Assembly: GCA_013239625.1 (NCBI GenBank)
Contig: MU054323.1
Coordinates: 12,345,694-12,409,693 of the forward strand
Reading direction: 5' to 3'
Length of the DNA: 64,000 nucleotides
From: Lama guanicoe
Taxonomy: Eukaryota
A model generated the notes under the pieces. The model ran no database searches. It worked only from the letters and a program-made list of their open reading frames with translations, and was not told the DNA's origin. The number at the start of each line of letters is the position of its first letter. The first letter of the stretch is position 1. Positions 1-14,800 of the stretch are shown here, in pieces. Made by a program: the position numbers and the translations under genes.

Positions 1-1266
1 AAGGCTGCAGGTAAATAGTATCAACTGTGAATACCAAGAATCTACCACACATTCTACAAAAGGCTTTTCATCAGAGGATACAGGGACTAATAAAAGAACA
101 CTTAACTTGAATTCAACAAAGTCAGGTTCTCTAAGTCCTACTTCTACTTAATAGCAGCAAAAATGCAAAATAAAAAGACTGGACTAGATAAAATGAGAAG
201 GTTAGATGAAATGAGATCTCCTTCAATAATAAGAAAAGTTTGTAACCTAAAGTTGATTCGATCTACAAAGCTAGAAACTAACTTTAAAAACAACTGTGAA
301 TATACAGGACCAACCTGAATGACAACTGCCCCCTACTGTTTGCAGAAGCAGCAATCTCCATATAGACTCTGTCAATTTTATTTTGCTGCACCTACCCTTT
401 TAAACTTTTCTTTCAACGATACTGTTCGATGCCCCCTCAAGATTCCTACTTCAATAAAAAATATTAGCAGATGATTATATCAAAAAGTCCAGGTTTTTTT
501 TACAAAATGGAATCTCACAAAAAAGTCAACAATATTATGAGCTAAAAAGTCAAATAAAAGAAAATAACTGCATTTATAAATTGCTAAATTTTATTCAATG
601 ATTTCCAACTTCAGAATCATACATTTTAAATTCTAAATATTGAGTTAATAAAATGAAAAATAAAAGTAGTAGAAAGTGAGCCATTAAGTACTTTGATTTT
701 GCCTTCTATAAAATTATAGTTAAATCATAATTCACAAGTTTCAACAGTGCTCAATAAAGAACGTTTAGAGAAAAACAAAAGTTAAGTAAGAATAAACTAA
801 CCACACTGTTGCATATCAAGTTTTTTTTTTACTGCTAGAATATACAGGATTTGAGATATTGCCGTGAATAACCTACTGTTTAATATAGACAAGGATGAGA
901 AATAAGTAGCACATCTCCAGTAACTTAAATTAACTACATAATTTATGAAGATTCATTGTCTTGTGATATGCACTGGTAGAGCTCTGCAGGAATGCTTCAC
1001 TATATACAAACTGACTTTCTATATAAATGTTTCTTAGCTTTTAAATTTTTTTAACTAGTTTTTGTATTAAAAGTAACACATGCACACAGTAAAAAAGTCA
1101 AACAATAAAAAAGGATACACAATAAAAAGTGAAAGTATCCTTATTCCATACTATGTCTAAGAGATTAACCACTAACAAATTAGACTCTATTTCAAATGTA
1201 TGAATGGGGGGTGAGGGGGTTGCTTCAGTATTCATAGTCTGTGCTTTATAATAAAAAAGTAACTTT

Positions 1267-1404
1267 GGGAGTACATATAGCTCAGTGACAGAGCGCATAC
1301 TTAGCCTGCACAAGGTCCTGGGTTTAATCTCTAGTACCTTCATTAAAACAAAAACAAAAACAAAAACAAAAACAAAAACAAAAACAAAAACAAAAACAAA
1401 AAAA
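1267..1404 (+). mobile_element. tRNA-Ala-derived SINE (camelid Vic-1-like) with (AAAAAC)n tail
   Basis: tRNA-Ala-like head TAGCTCAGTG..AGAGCGCATACTTAGC..GGTCCTGGGTT followed by an A-rich tail. Confidence 0.75.
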
Positions 1405-2739
1405 ACTTTGTCATGTAAATTAAGCCCCCTCCACAATTAACTGTTTATATTTTTATATTTAATAAGAGGTTTCTTAAGTGATGCACACCTGTACAGCTCC
1501 ATTCTAAGGTTTGCTGAGAAATTCCTGAATACTGCAAGGTAAACAACAATTTTGGCATCAAGGTGTCTGGCAATCATGGTAGGAAGGCTTTTGGAACTCC
1601 TAGTTCATAAGATCATTTCAGTTTATATCCCTGGGCCACATACTATCTCCTGTGCCTCAAGGAAAGTAAGGTAATTCTAAATTCAACCAAAGGATATGTT
1701 TTAGTCAAGTTCAATTCTTTTCAATCCCTCCCCCAAATGTGACTGTTTAGAATTAAGATTGATCAAACAGTTGGTTTATGGGTCAATATTTATTCTTTAA
1801 TGAAATTACTCTATTTAATCTACATCAGTATTAAAAAAAAAAAGAGCAATCTGTTTAAGCATTTTCAAAAGTATGCTATCTAGGTTCTAATTTTTTTTTA
1901 AGTTTCCCTAATATGCTTTATTCCTGTGAAGGCAGAATCTAAGAAAAGGTGGTCCCAATGAGCTAGAATTTATAAAACTTAAAGTATATTTTTTATTTGA
2001 AATATAAATAGAAGTCTTAAAATTTTAAGGTTTATGTAAGTATGTCCTTACAAAGACCCTTCTGCGCTTACATAACAATAAAATATTTGCTGTTGCTCTT
2101 CTACCTCAAAAAAAAAAAAGTAACTCTGGAAAAGAAAATACTTATCTCTGGAAACCATATAAAAAGATGAACTTGACTATACTTAAAGTTATCATATATT
2201 ATCAAAGTAGAAATTGCCTATATATGCATAAAAATAACTACAAAGTCACTAAACAGCAGAAACATGCATATCAAAGCCAAATTATTTTCAAAAATCATTT
2301 TAAAACCTAAGGTAACTGGAAATATTTTACAAATCAATATATCTATAACTTAGGCTTAAACATTTCATTCCCCAGGCCATTTCCAATGATTTCAGTTTAA
2401 AACTAACTACAAGAAGGAAACAAGGCTAGCTACTTTGTTATGAATAACTAACTTCAATTTAATTATATGTTGATTCAGCTCAGCTCCCACATTTAGAACA
2501 AGTTTTAACTAGCAAGGTAGTACTCCATAATAGTCAAATACTAGCAAAGTAATGGGAATGACAATAGAATTACCTCATGACATACTATAAAGAGATGATT
2601 ATTACTCCATTGTTTCTCCCCCAATCGATCTCACTTATACAAACTTTCTATCTTATCCCTGCATCAATTTTTCTTTCTCTACTGAATCATGTCATCAACA
2701 TTATAAACACTTCAGTATCTCCCACCCCAAATAAAAATT

Positions 2740-4240
2740 CTCACCTGAATCCATATTCCCATTGACCTATTTCCTTGATTTATATCAAAGTTCCTAAAAA
2801 AAACTATGTCTTCATTTCCTTCCTTGATTCTTTCTTGAACCCACTCCAGTTATGCTTTCATCGCCATCACTCCACAGAAATTGTTCTTATTAAAATAACC
2901 AGTAATCTCCACAGTATCCAGTTATCAGTCCTCAACTGATTTGACCTATTGACAGGTTCTAACACAAGTGATGATCATTTTCTCCTACCTGACATGTTTT
3001 CATGCTTTTGCCTCCCAGAGACATCACTCATTCTTGGTTTTCATCCTTCCTCACTGGTCTTTCTTCAGAATCTCTTTTACAAATACTCATCTTCACCCTG
3101 ACCTCTAAACAAAGTTGGCTTTCCTAAGCACTTAGTTTCTGAATTTCTTCTCTATTTTACTCCCTAGGCAACCAGTCTTTTTAGACTTCATGTGTGATAA
3201 GTTACACACTTACCTGTGTAAGTGTGATACACCAAAAGAGCCTGGCCCTTCATCCCTGTACTCCAGATTCATATATCTAGACACCCATTAGAAATCCCCA
3301 CTTAGATACCTAATAGGCATCTCAACATTAACAAAATAAAACCTTAGGTTCTATATACACACTTCAAATCCACTCCCCACCTCCAATCATGCTTTTTCCT
3401 TTAACTAGTATAAAAGCAATTTCATCCTTACACTTCCACAAGCTAAAACTTAAAAAAGTCATCCTGGACTCTTCTTCCATTTTATCAGTCCTACCTTCGA
3501 AATATATCCAGTACACTGCTTCTTATCACCTCTACCACTAGCCCCCAGTCAAAGCCATTATGTCACTCTCTTTTCTTTACTACTATAATAAGCCTCCAAA
3601 TTGGACTCCTTGCTCCCACAAAACAGAAAGTCCATACAGCAAGAGTAATCCTTGTCAAACCTAAGTTAGATTGTGTCACTTTTCTGCTCAAAACTTCTCA
3701 CTAATCATATCTCTTGGAATAAAAAACAAAGTTTGTCTGATCTCCTATAAAGCCTCTGTGTGATCTAGCCCCTGCTGCCTATCTCATCCACTACTCTTCC
3801 CCACACAGGCACCCCAGCTACACTGGCCTCCTTACTTTTCCTCAGACACACTGAGCATACCCTGCCCCAGGGCCTTTGTTCTTGTTGTTCCTCAGCCTGA
3901 AACCCTCTTTCCCTGGGTATCTGCATAACTTCTCTCATCATTTAGGCTCAAATGTTACCTTATCACGGAGACCTTTCTTACTATCCTACACAAACTACCA
4001 ACTCCCAACCCATCCTGTAACTCTCAGTTCTCTTTATCTGCTTTATTTTTCTTAGCACCCATCAGCACTTGACACAGAATAGAATTATTTGTTTATGGTC
4101 TGTCTTTCCCAAGTACTGAAATGCAACCATGAGAATAAAATGTACTATGAGAGCAGCAATTTTGATTTACTCAAAAAGCAGCACAAAGAAGAGTATCTGG
4201 CATTTAAACTGGAAGATGTTTGCTGAATGACTAAATAAAC
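2740..4240 (+). mobile_element. LINE-2 remnant
   Basis: Pyrimidine-rich L2 3' region motifs (CCACTCCACAGAAA, CCCAGGGCCTTTG) ending TTGCTGAATGA. Confidence 0.65.
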
Positions 4241-5228
4241 AGCAAGTCATTATGCTAAAAGTTTTATACAGATCAGCTCATTTAATCATCAAAAAAACTA
4301 TATGGAGGTACTATTATTATTCCAATTTTATCAATGAGACAAAGGCACAAGAGATTAAATAACTTGTATGTCACATAGTTTTTAAGTACTTTGGTCAGCA
4401 TCCTGTGTCTATTACATGAGATCAAGTTAGATCATAGAGAATATTTAACAAAATGTTTGGCATATGAAATACCTAACATTTAGGGAATACTTACCATGTG
4501 CCAAACATTAATGCAAGCTCTTTACATTTACTCATTTAATTCTCATATTGTTTAATAAGTGGTTGCTATTATTATATTCACTGTTTACTATTTATCAGAG
4601 TACCAATTTTAACTCAACAGAAGTCACATAAAATATGTTGCTGTGAGAGAAATAGCACAAACTCCAACATTTACCAGGTCAAAATTAACTGAATTCATAT
4701 CATATACAGAAACATAATTAACTGTATGTTTGCTAGCTTGCAGTTTAAAAAAGCCTTCTGTACAGAAAGACAAAATAGTCAGATTTTCTTCATAAAAAAA
4801 AAACCCCTCCCCCCAAAATCTGGTTGCTACTCCATTTTGCACCATATTATGCTTAACGCATCTTTTTCATTATAAGTTAAAAATTATGTGATTAAAGTAT
4901 ATATTTTTAATATTTAAAATAGAACTTATTCACTTGTACCAAATACCACTGAAATCACAAAGCTTACCTAACATAAATAGCTCTCTGCTTTAAAAATCAG
5001 TTTTATTACCAAAAATAAATTTTGAAATTACTACATCTGAGAAAATGAAGTGGCCAATTCCTTTATCCCTGAGTTAAAGTGAAGACCACAGGAATGACAT
5101 TTAATGAATATGATTTCTTCAGTTCAACAAAGCATGTGATTTTTAATTTTTAGCTCAATCTATACATATTCATTCTTTATTAATAATTAACATACAAAAG
5201 ATCATGTGTAAAGACCCTTAAAACTTAC

Positions 5229-5310
5229 GGTGCAATAATGGCTCTAGCAGGTCTTTTTGTAGATTGTACTTGTGAAAGCCAACCTTCAAGCTGTGCATTC
5301 AGCTGCGGTC
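5229..5310 (-). CDS. MEMO1: MEMO1 second coding exon (82 nt): (G)[26 protein letters not shown](P)
   Basis: Polypyrimidine tract and TTTTTATAG acceptor, CC|GTAAGT donor. Phase-1 start is compatible with the 61-nt exon, and the peptide matches MEMO1 residues 21-48. The remaining exons presumably lie left of the window. Confidence 0.96.
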
Positions 5311-7344
5311 CTATAAAAAGAGAAGGAGGAAAACTGGAGTTGGCAAAGCAATGTAGTACAGTTAACCATACATGCCATGAAGTCCTCGTTGAAAGTATTT
5401 GTGACCAAAATAGCTTAATGGGCAGTGGACCATCATTTTGGATGTTAATGTTTAAAACTTAACCAACTACAAAGTTTCTACTAGCATGCCATATGATAAG
5501 GACAAGTAATGATTAAACAAAATCTCCTTTTGTCCATTTACTTATATATTTACAACTGTCTTCATTTGAGAACGATACAATCTACAATTTGAGGCAATGA
5601 TTAAACAAAATAAGAAACAGTAAACTATTAGCATATGAAAAGAAAATAACTGAGTGAATATTATTTAGAGCACCAAAATCTGCCTTAATCATTAAAATCA
5701 CATCCATGGAGTGATCATTCACACGCCAATGACCTTTTCTTCCATTCATTCCAGCCCCCTATTCCCATCATCAAATCAATAATGAGTAATGACGCCACCT
5801 TAAAAATCTCAATTTCAAGCATCCCACCATCTTCACTTCCTATCATTCCAGTTCACTTCTAGAAATTTGTTGGAGTCATTTTTCCAACTGTCCTTAATCC
5901 TCTCTTCTTCACTTCTTATCCCCATCCTAAGATGCAACAGTCTATCACTATAATCATTCCCTTGTCTATGGCCTCCCTCCATTGCTCCTCTTCCTCAGTC
6001 ACAGTCCAATCATTGTTAAAACCAACCTTCCACTTAATATAGCACCTCCACCTAAACAGCTGAATGAGACTGTAAAGAAACATAGCCATATGAACTTTGA
6101 AATTATACCCATAAAATTTCAGTGGACCCTTAATAAACAAAGCTCAAAAATCATACCACAGCAACCTAGTGAATTTGGTCCCCTATCTTTAAGACAGAGA
6201 ACTACTTCATATAGCTTGTCCTTTTACCTTAAACCATATCCCCTTCCTACCCTAGGAGAAGATCATGTTTTTCAGTTCGTCAAGGAAAAACAAGCAGAAG
6301 TAGAATGGCCAACCATCCTGGTTTGCTCAGGACATTCCCAGTTTTAGCACTGAAAGTCCTGCATCCTGGAAAACCTCAGTTCCAGGCAAACCTGAACGTT
6401 AGTCACCATAAATTCAGAAGAGAACTACTTCCCCTTCCTACCACTTATTCTGCTTTCCCTCCTGTTTCAACAAATTGTCGTTGCTCCTATCAAAAGCCAA
6501 ACAAATTGATTCTGTACTGGATCCCACTTTGTTTTTCTTACTAAAGGACTCTGGTCTTACAACTGTCCCAGTCTCCTGCACTAACTTGGCCCTTTTTAGT
6601 AGATCATTACCATTAGCCTGCAAATATGCAATACTAGCAAACTGATATCCCCCCAGCTATCACCCATTTCTCTGGCCCCCTTTTCTCTGGCTCTCTCTCT
6701 TTTAAAACTTTTAATCATAAAATATTTAAACATTACAAAAGAATCTAGATAATAATATGGCAAACACCCATGGATTGACTGCTCAAATAAATTATCTTAA
6801 CATTCTTATTTACTTAAGATTTTCCTTTATTAAGAAATAAATTATTAAAGATACAGTTGAATCCCTTCCTGATTATGTACCTCCCACCTAAGGTAACCAA
6901 GGTAACCACTTTCTGATTCTGGTGCTCATTGCTGCATTGTACATTTACTAATATATATAATCACAGATAAAATTATTTTGTTCTGTATGTTTTTACATGT
7001 TATATAAATATACATGTTCTTCTGCAACTTGTTTTAGTCACATTATTTTTAAAAATTCATATTGATAGATGTAGCTCTAATTTACTCATTATCAATGCTG
7101 TATAGTACTGTAATGTATGAGTATACCCAAATTTATCCACTCATTTTCTGGTTTACAGACATTATGGTTGTTTCCAATGCTTCACTGTTATTATACAATG
7201 CTTCAAGTCTCTCATGAACATGTGTTAAAGAGCTTCTCTGGAATCTATCTAAAAGTAAAAGTGCTGGATCATAGATTACGCACATCTTCAATTTTACTAG
7301 AACACTGATAAACTGCCTACTGAAGCAGCAGGATCAAGTTACTC

Positions 7345-7885
7345 ATCAGTTTAAGGGCAAATAAAAATAAGAGATTTAATTCTCCCTATAAACAATAAGA
7401 GAGGAGACATCCTACACACACTTTTCTTAGCATTTTCTTTACAAAATTTGTAATTGTAAATTCTTTCTCTTTGAAATGTATGTATATCTTTTTAAAAGCT
7501 AAAAAAAAAAAGCCTCTAACCAGTAACCCGGGACCACCTTTCTCAAAGACCCACAGCCATCTCTGAAATGTGGATCAACAAGGGAGACAGCACTCCATCA
7601 TGCCAGTTTCTGTGGGAGGTTAGGAGCCTAACTTCAGAGGGCCAGCCGTAAGTTGCAAAACTGCCGCCTGTCATAAAAATATGTTTATTTTTCCTTTGGA
7701 TAAACCGATTAACTAATACATATGATCACCTCAATTACCAAGGGAATTCAGGATGAACTGTGTGTGACAAATGCTGCTATTAAGTCCTCTTACTTGAACA
7801 CTATTTATAATTTATGCTTATTGCAGGTGGCATGTATCATATTCTAACTTAATGCTTATTCAAAAATAAAGTTGTTTTCTTTCTT
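7345..7885 (+). mobile_element. Probable ERV solo LTR
   Basis: LTR-like composition ending in AATAAAGTTGTTTTCTTTC. Family not identified. Confidence 0.45.
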
Positions 7886-10800
7886 AGTAGATGCTAGTTA
7901 TGATTCTGGAGGTCTGGAGCAGGGCCTGAGATCCTGCATTTCTAATATGCTCCCCAGGTGACAGCAATGTTTGCTGGCCTACAAACCACACTCAAGTATC
8001 AAGTCCAGATCAATGGCTGCCAAGCAAAAAAGGGCCTGAGACCCCAAGGACTCCACAAATTTATATGCATACTGAACTTTATCTAGAGATAAAATAAATG
8101 TCTAGAAAAACATATGATCAATTACAGACTAAGAAATTCATATTCATTTAAAAGAACTGGTGAAATTTCCTTCACCTTTTTTAATCATATATTTTATCAA
8201 TCAACATGTTATAAAGAACAACTACGGTCCTGCACAATATTCTGTACTTTCTGACATGAAGTAGGTTCATTAAAAAGGAGAAAGAATACTCTTCAAAAAG
8301 TCTGAAAATCATTCTCCATTCTAGTTCTATCACTTACCTTTCCTAGAATTTTATCTGAGCTGTGTTTCAATTACCATACAGCTTCATTTTCTACTAGTTA
8401 TTTTATAAGCTGTGACATCATAAGGTTAACTATGACCAATCATGTTTTAATTTCCTTTCATTTGTTAACTGAATAAATATTTATGGGACAGCTACTTATT
8501 TGCCAGGAAATGGGAGGGATGCTGGAGTTATAGCAATACAAAAGAGTGATACCTGATATCATGGCACTTAAAACTGTCAACACCCTAAATCCAATGAATG
8601 GCTAAAAGATGAAAATTTCAGACACCAGGACAACCCAGTAGGAAAGACATTTTTGGTTGGAGAAGCCTTCCAGTGTTGGTCAAACTATTTCATATAGGTA
8701 AGGTAAAGAATAACCAACTGCTACAACTGTTTTAATTATCTTCTTTAAGTGATACCTTCATTGTACCTTAATTCTATCGCCTTGGGTCTCTCCAAGCAAC
8801 TGACACATAATGCCCAAGTCTTGATGCCATACCTTTCCTGATCTTATGAAAAGATATCACCAGAAGATGCAACTTACAGGTTTCAGAAGACAACCCAGGC
8901 ATGGTCACCTCTTCCATAAATGGTCCTTAAATGGTATGTTAACTGAAACATCAATGGGTTGCTACTGTCTAACTATACTAGCAGGATTAATTATTGAGTT
9001 CAAGTATATAAAGGCAGTTACAACTATTTCACAACTGACAATGATTTTAAGATGCCACTGATTGTAAAAACACATCTCAATTTCAGAAATGTTCAAATGT
9101 GGGGAAATGTACATTTTAAAATTGAAGAAATATAGCAGTACTATGAAACCACACTCATCACAATGTTCTGACATTTATTTCAAAGCAGAACAGTGAAAAA
9201 TTTTGTTGAAGACCAGCTTTTGGGAACCACATTTCACTGCAATGAACAGTGTTTCTGAGAAGGCTTACCAACTATAATAATCTTATTTAATCTAAAAAAA
9301 TAACATTTCAGTTCTCCATAAATCCTTTCTCTCATTATTGATGCCATACTGTGACTACATACTTGGAATTTATTGCTATGCTATTTATAAAACTAAGTGC
9401 CTTATTTTAAATACATCTCAAGGGATGCTGTTTGTTCTTATGTATCTATGACAAGACTCCCTACACAGAAAATAATATGCCCTTGGGAACACAAGAACAC
9501 AAGAATTGTCACACTGAATATGACCCAAAACCCATCCAGAGCAATACTGCATTAAACCAAACAAACAAAAAACCTTGCTGTGAAGAACACTATTGTTCTC
9601 CTTGATACAAACCTCAAAGTGTTAGGCCAAATGCAAATATCTTGACTTCCTTATTACCCACTGATTTATTTAAACATTATAAGAACTTATTTGTATTTCT
9701 GACTAAATTCTGTAGTTCAGAATACAAATCATAGGTGCAACTAACTATCCAAACGAGCAGTCGTTAGTGCGTACCAACCAACTCATATTGACCAACTGGA
9801 AATCATTGCTACTTTTCCATCCACTTTGTATACAAGTCTCTCAAAATTTTCATATAATTAATACCAACTCCATTGGCATTTCATAACTAAAAAGGCTGCA
9901 GATTTGGAGGATCACAGTCTATTTCTCCCTCCAGGTCATTTACAAAACTGTAATCTGAAAATAGGTTTAGTATTGATCCCTTAAACAGTCTATTAATTTG
10001 GAGTCTCTATTCCTACTCCTATTCTTTGTTTATGAACAAATTCTCTATCCCTATTAACTAATGCCACTAAATCCCTTGAGAGTGCCTGGCTATAGCATCT
10101 TACCTAAACTCTTTTTTAAGATCAAGACATTGATTTTGGCTTGCTACTTTTTCATTATTAAAAAAATACGCTCAGTACAGAAAATTGGGGGAATGCATAT
10201 TAAGGGGGAAAAACAATTCCACAATTACAAAAATGACCAAAATTAGTATTTTCCAAATTTCATTCTCTTAAAAATAATACACAATTCTGTAACCTGCTCT
10301 TATCTACATAACATTATAGCATTCCCCTTTATCATAAATTTTTTAAAGATATTTTATGACTCCATAATATTTACTTGTGTAAATGGATCACTGTTTCCTT
10401 ACACATTAATATAAGATGTTTAGGCTCTTTCCAATTTTTTGTGGTACTATAAAATAATTCTGTAATATGTATCTCTATCCCCATAGTTTAAGTTATCTCC
10501 TTTTGAGATTCTCAGAAATGGAATTACTATGTAAATCAATATAAATCTTTTTAAGATTTCAATACATATATTCAAAATGTTATCCAAAATTGCACCATGC
10601 ATGAACAATGCCTATTTCACCACACCCTTACCACTCTCAAAATAATATTTTAAAAGGTTAAGTAGTTTAATTCATCCCTTGTTTGATAAAAATGAAAATT
10701 TAATGCCTGATCTCAATTATATTTGGCATTTCAAAATATTCTATTTCTTCAATCAAAGCAATTTTAATGTCTAAGAGAAATGTATTTTGACTTTTAAGAT

Positions 10801-11554
10801 ACGTATTTTCTATTTAGACCATGGAATAGCAACATGATGAGTATTAGTGCCAGTCATAAGTTATCCATTACTAATGTTTAGCAAACAACTACTATCTATT
10901 GGCCTTTACAGTAGACAAGTCAATTTCATAACCAACTCTATTACGCTATATTATGCTACTATTTTAAATTACTCACAATTCTGAAGAATCTTATATTCTC
11001 CTGCCACTAAATCTTTTTAACTAATGGGGTATGATTTGTCAACCTTTTAGCAATCATAATCTTTTTCCTATAATAGTCAAAAAGTAGTCTACAGACCAGA
11101 ATCATCTGATGTGTTTATTTTAAAAAGAGATTGTTAGGTCATCACAATCTCTAGGGATGGAAACCTGGAGTTTTTAACAAGTTTTTAACAAGCTCTCCAG
11201 GTGACTGTGATACACACTAAAACATGAGGCCACTGCCATAAAGGAGTTCATGGGCACATGTTACATGAATGAATATACGGATCAATGCAGCTAATAGACT
11301 TTTGGATGGATTATAAGTAAAGATTTTCAATACATAAACAAATCACATCATCTTTAAGTCAGCAATATGTAAATGCAGAATTTTTACCTCCCAACTACTC
11401 TGAAGCCATAAGTGATCCACTGGTTCTTAAAATTTACATTAAGTTTATTTTTAAGTCTTTTGAGCCTCTCACTTCAACCAATGCCTCTTCTGCTTTTCCT
11501 CAAATAACCCTAATGACAAAGGAAAAGGAACTCAGATTCAAAGAAAATGGGTGA

Positions 11555-11800
11555 GGAGGGGATAGATTTGCAAATACTATTATATATAAAATAGATAAAC
11601 AAGTTTCTTCTGTATAGCACAAGGAACTGTATTCAGTATCTTGTAGTAACCTATAATGAAAAAGAATATGAAAACAAATATATGTAGGTTTATGTATGAC
11701 TGAAACATTATGCTGTACATCAGAAATTGACATATTATAAACTGACCATATTTCAATTTTAAAAAATTATTTTGCAAGAAAGAAAAAAAAAGAGGGAAGG
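11555..11800 (+). mobile_element. Short young L1 3'UTR insertion
   Basis: L1 3'UTR text shared with the 46240 and 61141 copies. TSD AAGAAAATGGGTGA / AAGAAACTGGGTGA. Confidence 0.8.
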
Positions 11801-14800
11801 AAGAAACTGGGTGATAAACAAACTCAGTTCTTTTAAATCTTCTGTTTCAGTACAAAAATTCATAGGAATGCAATAGACTAAATGACAATACAGTATCTGT
11901 AGTAATTTCTAAACTCCCGTGCTCCTATTTGCAGTTTAAATGGAGGCTTCAAGAAGATACACCATATTTATCCTCTAATACAGGGTTCAAGTACTCTAGT
12001 GGGGAGAGATGAATCTGGGGCACAAAAAGCAACAACCTAAAGTGGCCCAAACTTAAAGTTGGGTCCACAATACTTATCTAACCAGGAATCATTATTTTCT
12101 TCCAATTGCAGCTAACTTTTTTTTAATGTTTCTTTGGGTTACAACCAGTCAGCTGATACTAGCGAATCTGGATAATTTGGTACCAAATCCAAAAACATAA
12201 TTTGTGGAAAAATAAAACAAGTTTGCCTTATTGGAAAGAATCAGGAATAGGATAACACTTCTCACACAAGGAACTACTTCTCAGGCAATTGCTAAAAACT
12301 GAAAGTTTAATACATGTATGACTGAAGCATTATGCTGTACACCAGAAATTGACACAACATGGTAAACTGACTATACTTAAATTAAAAAACAAAACAAAAT
12401 AAAAAATAAACATTTAGGATAAAAAAATTAGAATTTTCACTTTTCATATATTTTTACCACAAAACAGATTTGTAGACATTACCACATTTTCACCCTATTC
12501 TATGTAATACAGATAATACAGATTTTTTTTTTCTTCTCTAAGAGTTTTCACTTGCAGAGTTTGATCAAAAAAAGTGGATCAGGCCCACTGGACTACGTCA
12601 AATGTAACATGTAATATGAGTACATATATGTAAACTGATATAACCAAAGATTTGAAACAATCTAAGCATCCAGCAAAGAAGAAATTAGTTAAACAAATTA
12701 TGGTAGATCCATAAAATAGAATTTCAGCAACTAGAAAACAATGAGGCAAAATTTTATGACAATCTATGGAAGAATTCTTAATTGAGGGGAAAAAGTAAGC
12801 ATGGTACAGAAGATACAGTTTGTTGCCATTTTGGGGTATGCATATATATTATATATGACTACGTGCTGGTTTGTATTTATGTAGAATTCCTCTGGACAAA
12901 CACAAAAGAAATTAATAATAGTTCCATCCTGACAAGGAAACTAAGAGTAGAGGAAAACTTTACTTTTCACTGTATACTGTTGGTATCTTTTGTATTTTGC
13001 ACCATGCACATGTACTACCTATCCAAACACTAAGTGTAAAAAAAGATGGTGCAGTCCTAAAATACCATGATGCTGCAGACATAGGTTTAATGACATTATT
13101 GACATGGAAAGAAAGCTTATAAAAACTAAACCCAACAAACAACAAATCACCGTTAAACCTAAGACAATACCTACGTCAATAATCTAGGTTAAAACAAGTA
13201 AAACCAAGCTGCTGAGAACTGCTATTTGATTAATAAAATATATACTAGAGTACTGGGATACATATGGAACAATCTAACAAGACTTCCCTGTTACCAGGAA
13301 GGGATTTCTCCCTTTTACTTCCCTTCCATAAAGGTGTAATATCCATCACTGAATTTCTGGTAGATAGAATCAGAGAATGCAGAAACATTCTAGAAAAGAA
13401 TGATCCAGAAAAGAGAACATTAAATTCTTTATTAATATCTTTCTTTATAATTCTTCCCCATTGAACAAAATATAATCCTTTCAATATTTGGGGGGGTTCT
13501 ATCAAGGACTCGAGGTATTCTTCACTAACTTCTTCAGCAATCGTGTAACAGACAACCTAGAGAAATCAGAATGCTTTATGAAGTAATTAACTATAATCTA
13601 ATGCAATTTTCATTTTTGTACTTTTGTTGTGGCATGTTTGAGGCCTGTTTCCTTCTTTCACTAAGCGTTGGTACTGCATGTGCCAGCTCATCCATCTAAA
13701 GAATTATGTTTTTGATTTTGCAACCATAAGATGCAAACAAAAGAATCTCAGCAAGTTCTTCCTTGATAACTAGCCAAGAAAACACACCTAATGTAGACTG
13801 AGAGATGGGCATGCCAGGTATCAGACATGCAGAAAAGAAAAAGTCGATCCTAACAGCTATCAAGATAAAAGGCGTTCCAAGGAGTTCTGAGATTGATAAT
13901 TTAGGGGAAAATCTAAGTTTGGAAACTAAGGGACATGGTTAAACATGGAAGCTGAGGTATATTGTGTACTTCCACTCTGCCAGACCCTTTCCATATCCCT
14001 TTGAACTGTTTTCGCTAAACTGCCAAACACTGAAACAAATGTGTTAGTGTAAAAACTGCCCAGATTGAAGAATACTTGGGTTTAAACCCAAGGAGAACCT
14101 CTCCCATTCCCAGGAGATCATACTAGAAAAATTCTGAGAGCCTCAGCCATGCTCAGGCACTAGCACCTTTAAAAGACCTTAGAAAATGCCACTGGCACTT
14201 TCTTTTAAACCACAGTCACCACACACACACACACGCACACACAAACTATTAAAGAAACAAAAATTCCCTCCCCAAAACCTCTACACTTAGGCCAGTTCAA
14301 TGGATAGACAGATAACCACTCAGCCAACTTTAATTCTACAAGCCAGCATTTCCCAAATTGTGTTCAGCAAAATTAGAATACAGAACTCTGTGCCTAAATA
14401 AACTGGAGGGATGTAAATGAAAGAATGTTGACGAAACTTCAGAGCTAGACAAGTGATAGTACCACTACCAGTGACAGAATTAAGGCTCATAAAGTTTGTT
14501 CCAAGATGAAGACTTTCACTTGAACACACTGAAAGTAACAGAAGATAATTAAGCAACTAGGTACAGATATCCAACTGGTAAAGAATAAGAGTATAAAGTG
14601 CAGACAAAATAGGATTAAGGACAGAAACAGATTTCAGAGTCACTTAATTAAGGTGGCAAAAGACAAGAGAATGGATAGGAACCACCTGAGTGTGCACAGA
14701 CAGAGGATGACAACACTAACTTTAAAAATTTGAGTCTTAAAGAATACAGACACTGGGGTATATAAGTAAGAAGTCGAGACAATGAGAGATGGAAAAGAGG

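Noticed and set aside
1098..1436. ORF with an FVFVFV repeat
   Set aside because: Translation of the SINE (AAAAAC)n tail.
13245..13580. Candidate cryptic MEMO1 exon (acceptor TTCTGATTTCTCTAG|G near 13557) and short overlapping ORFs
   Set aside because: In-frame stop within 7 codons, no convincing donor and no homology recognised. Cannot be supported from sequence alone.
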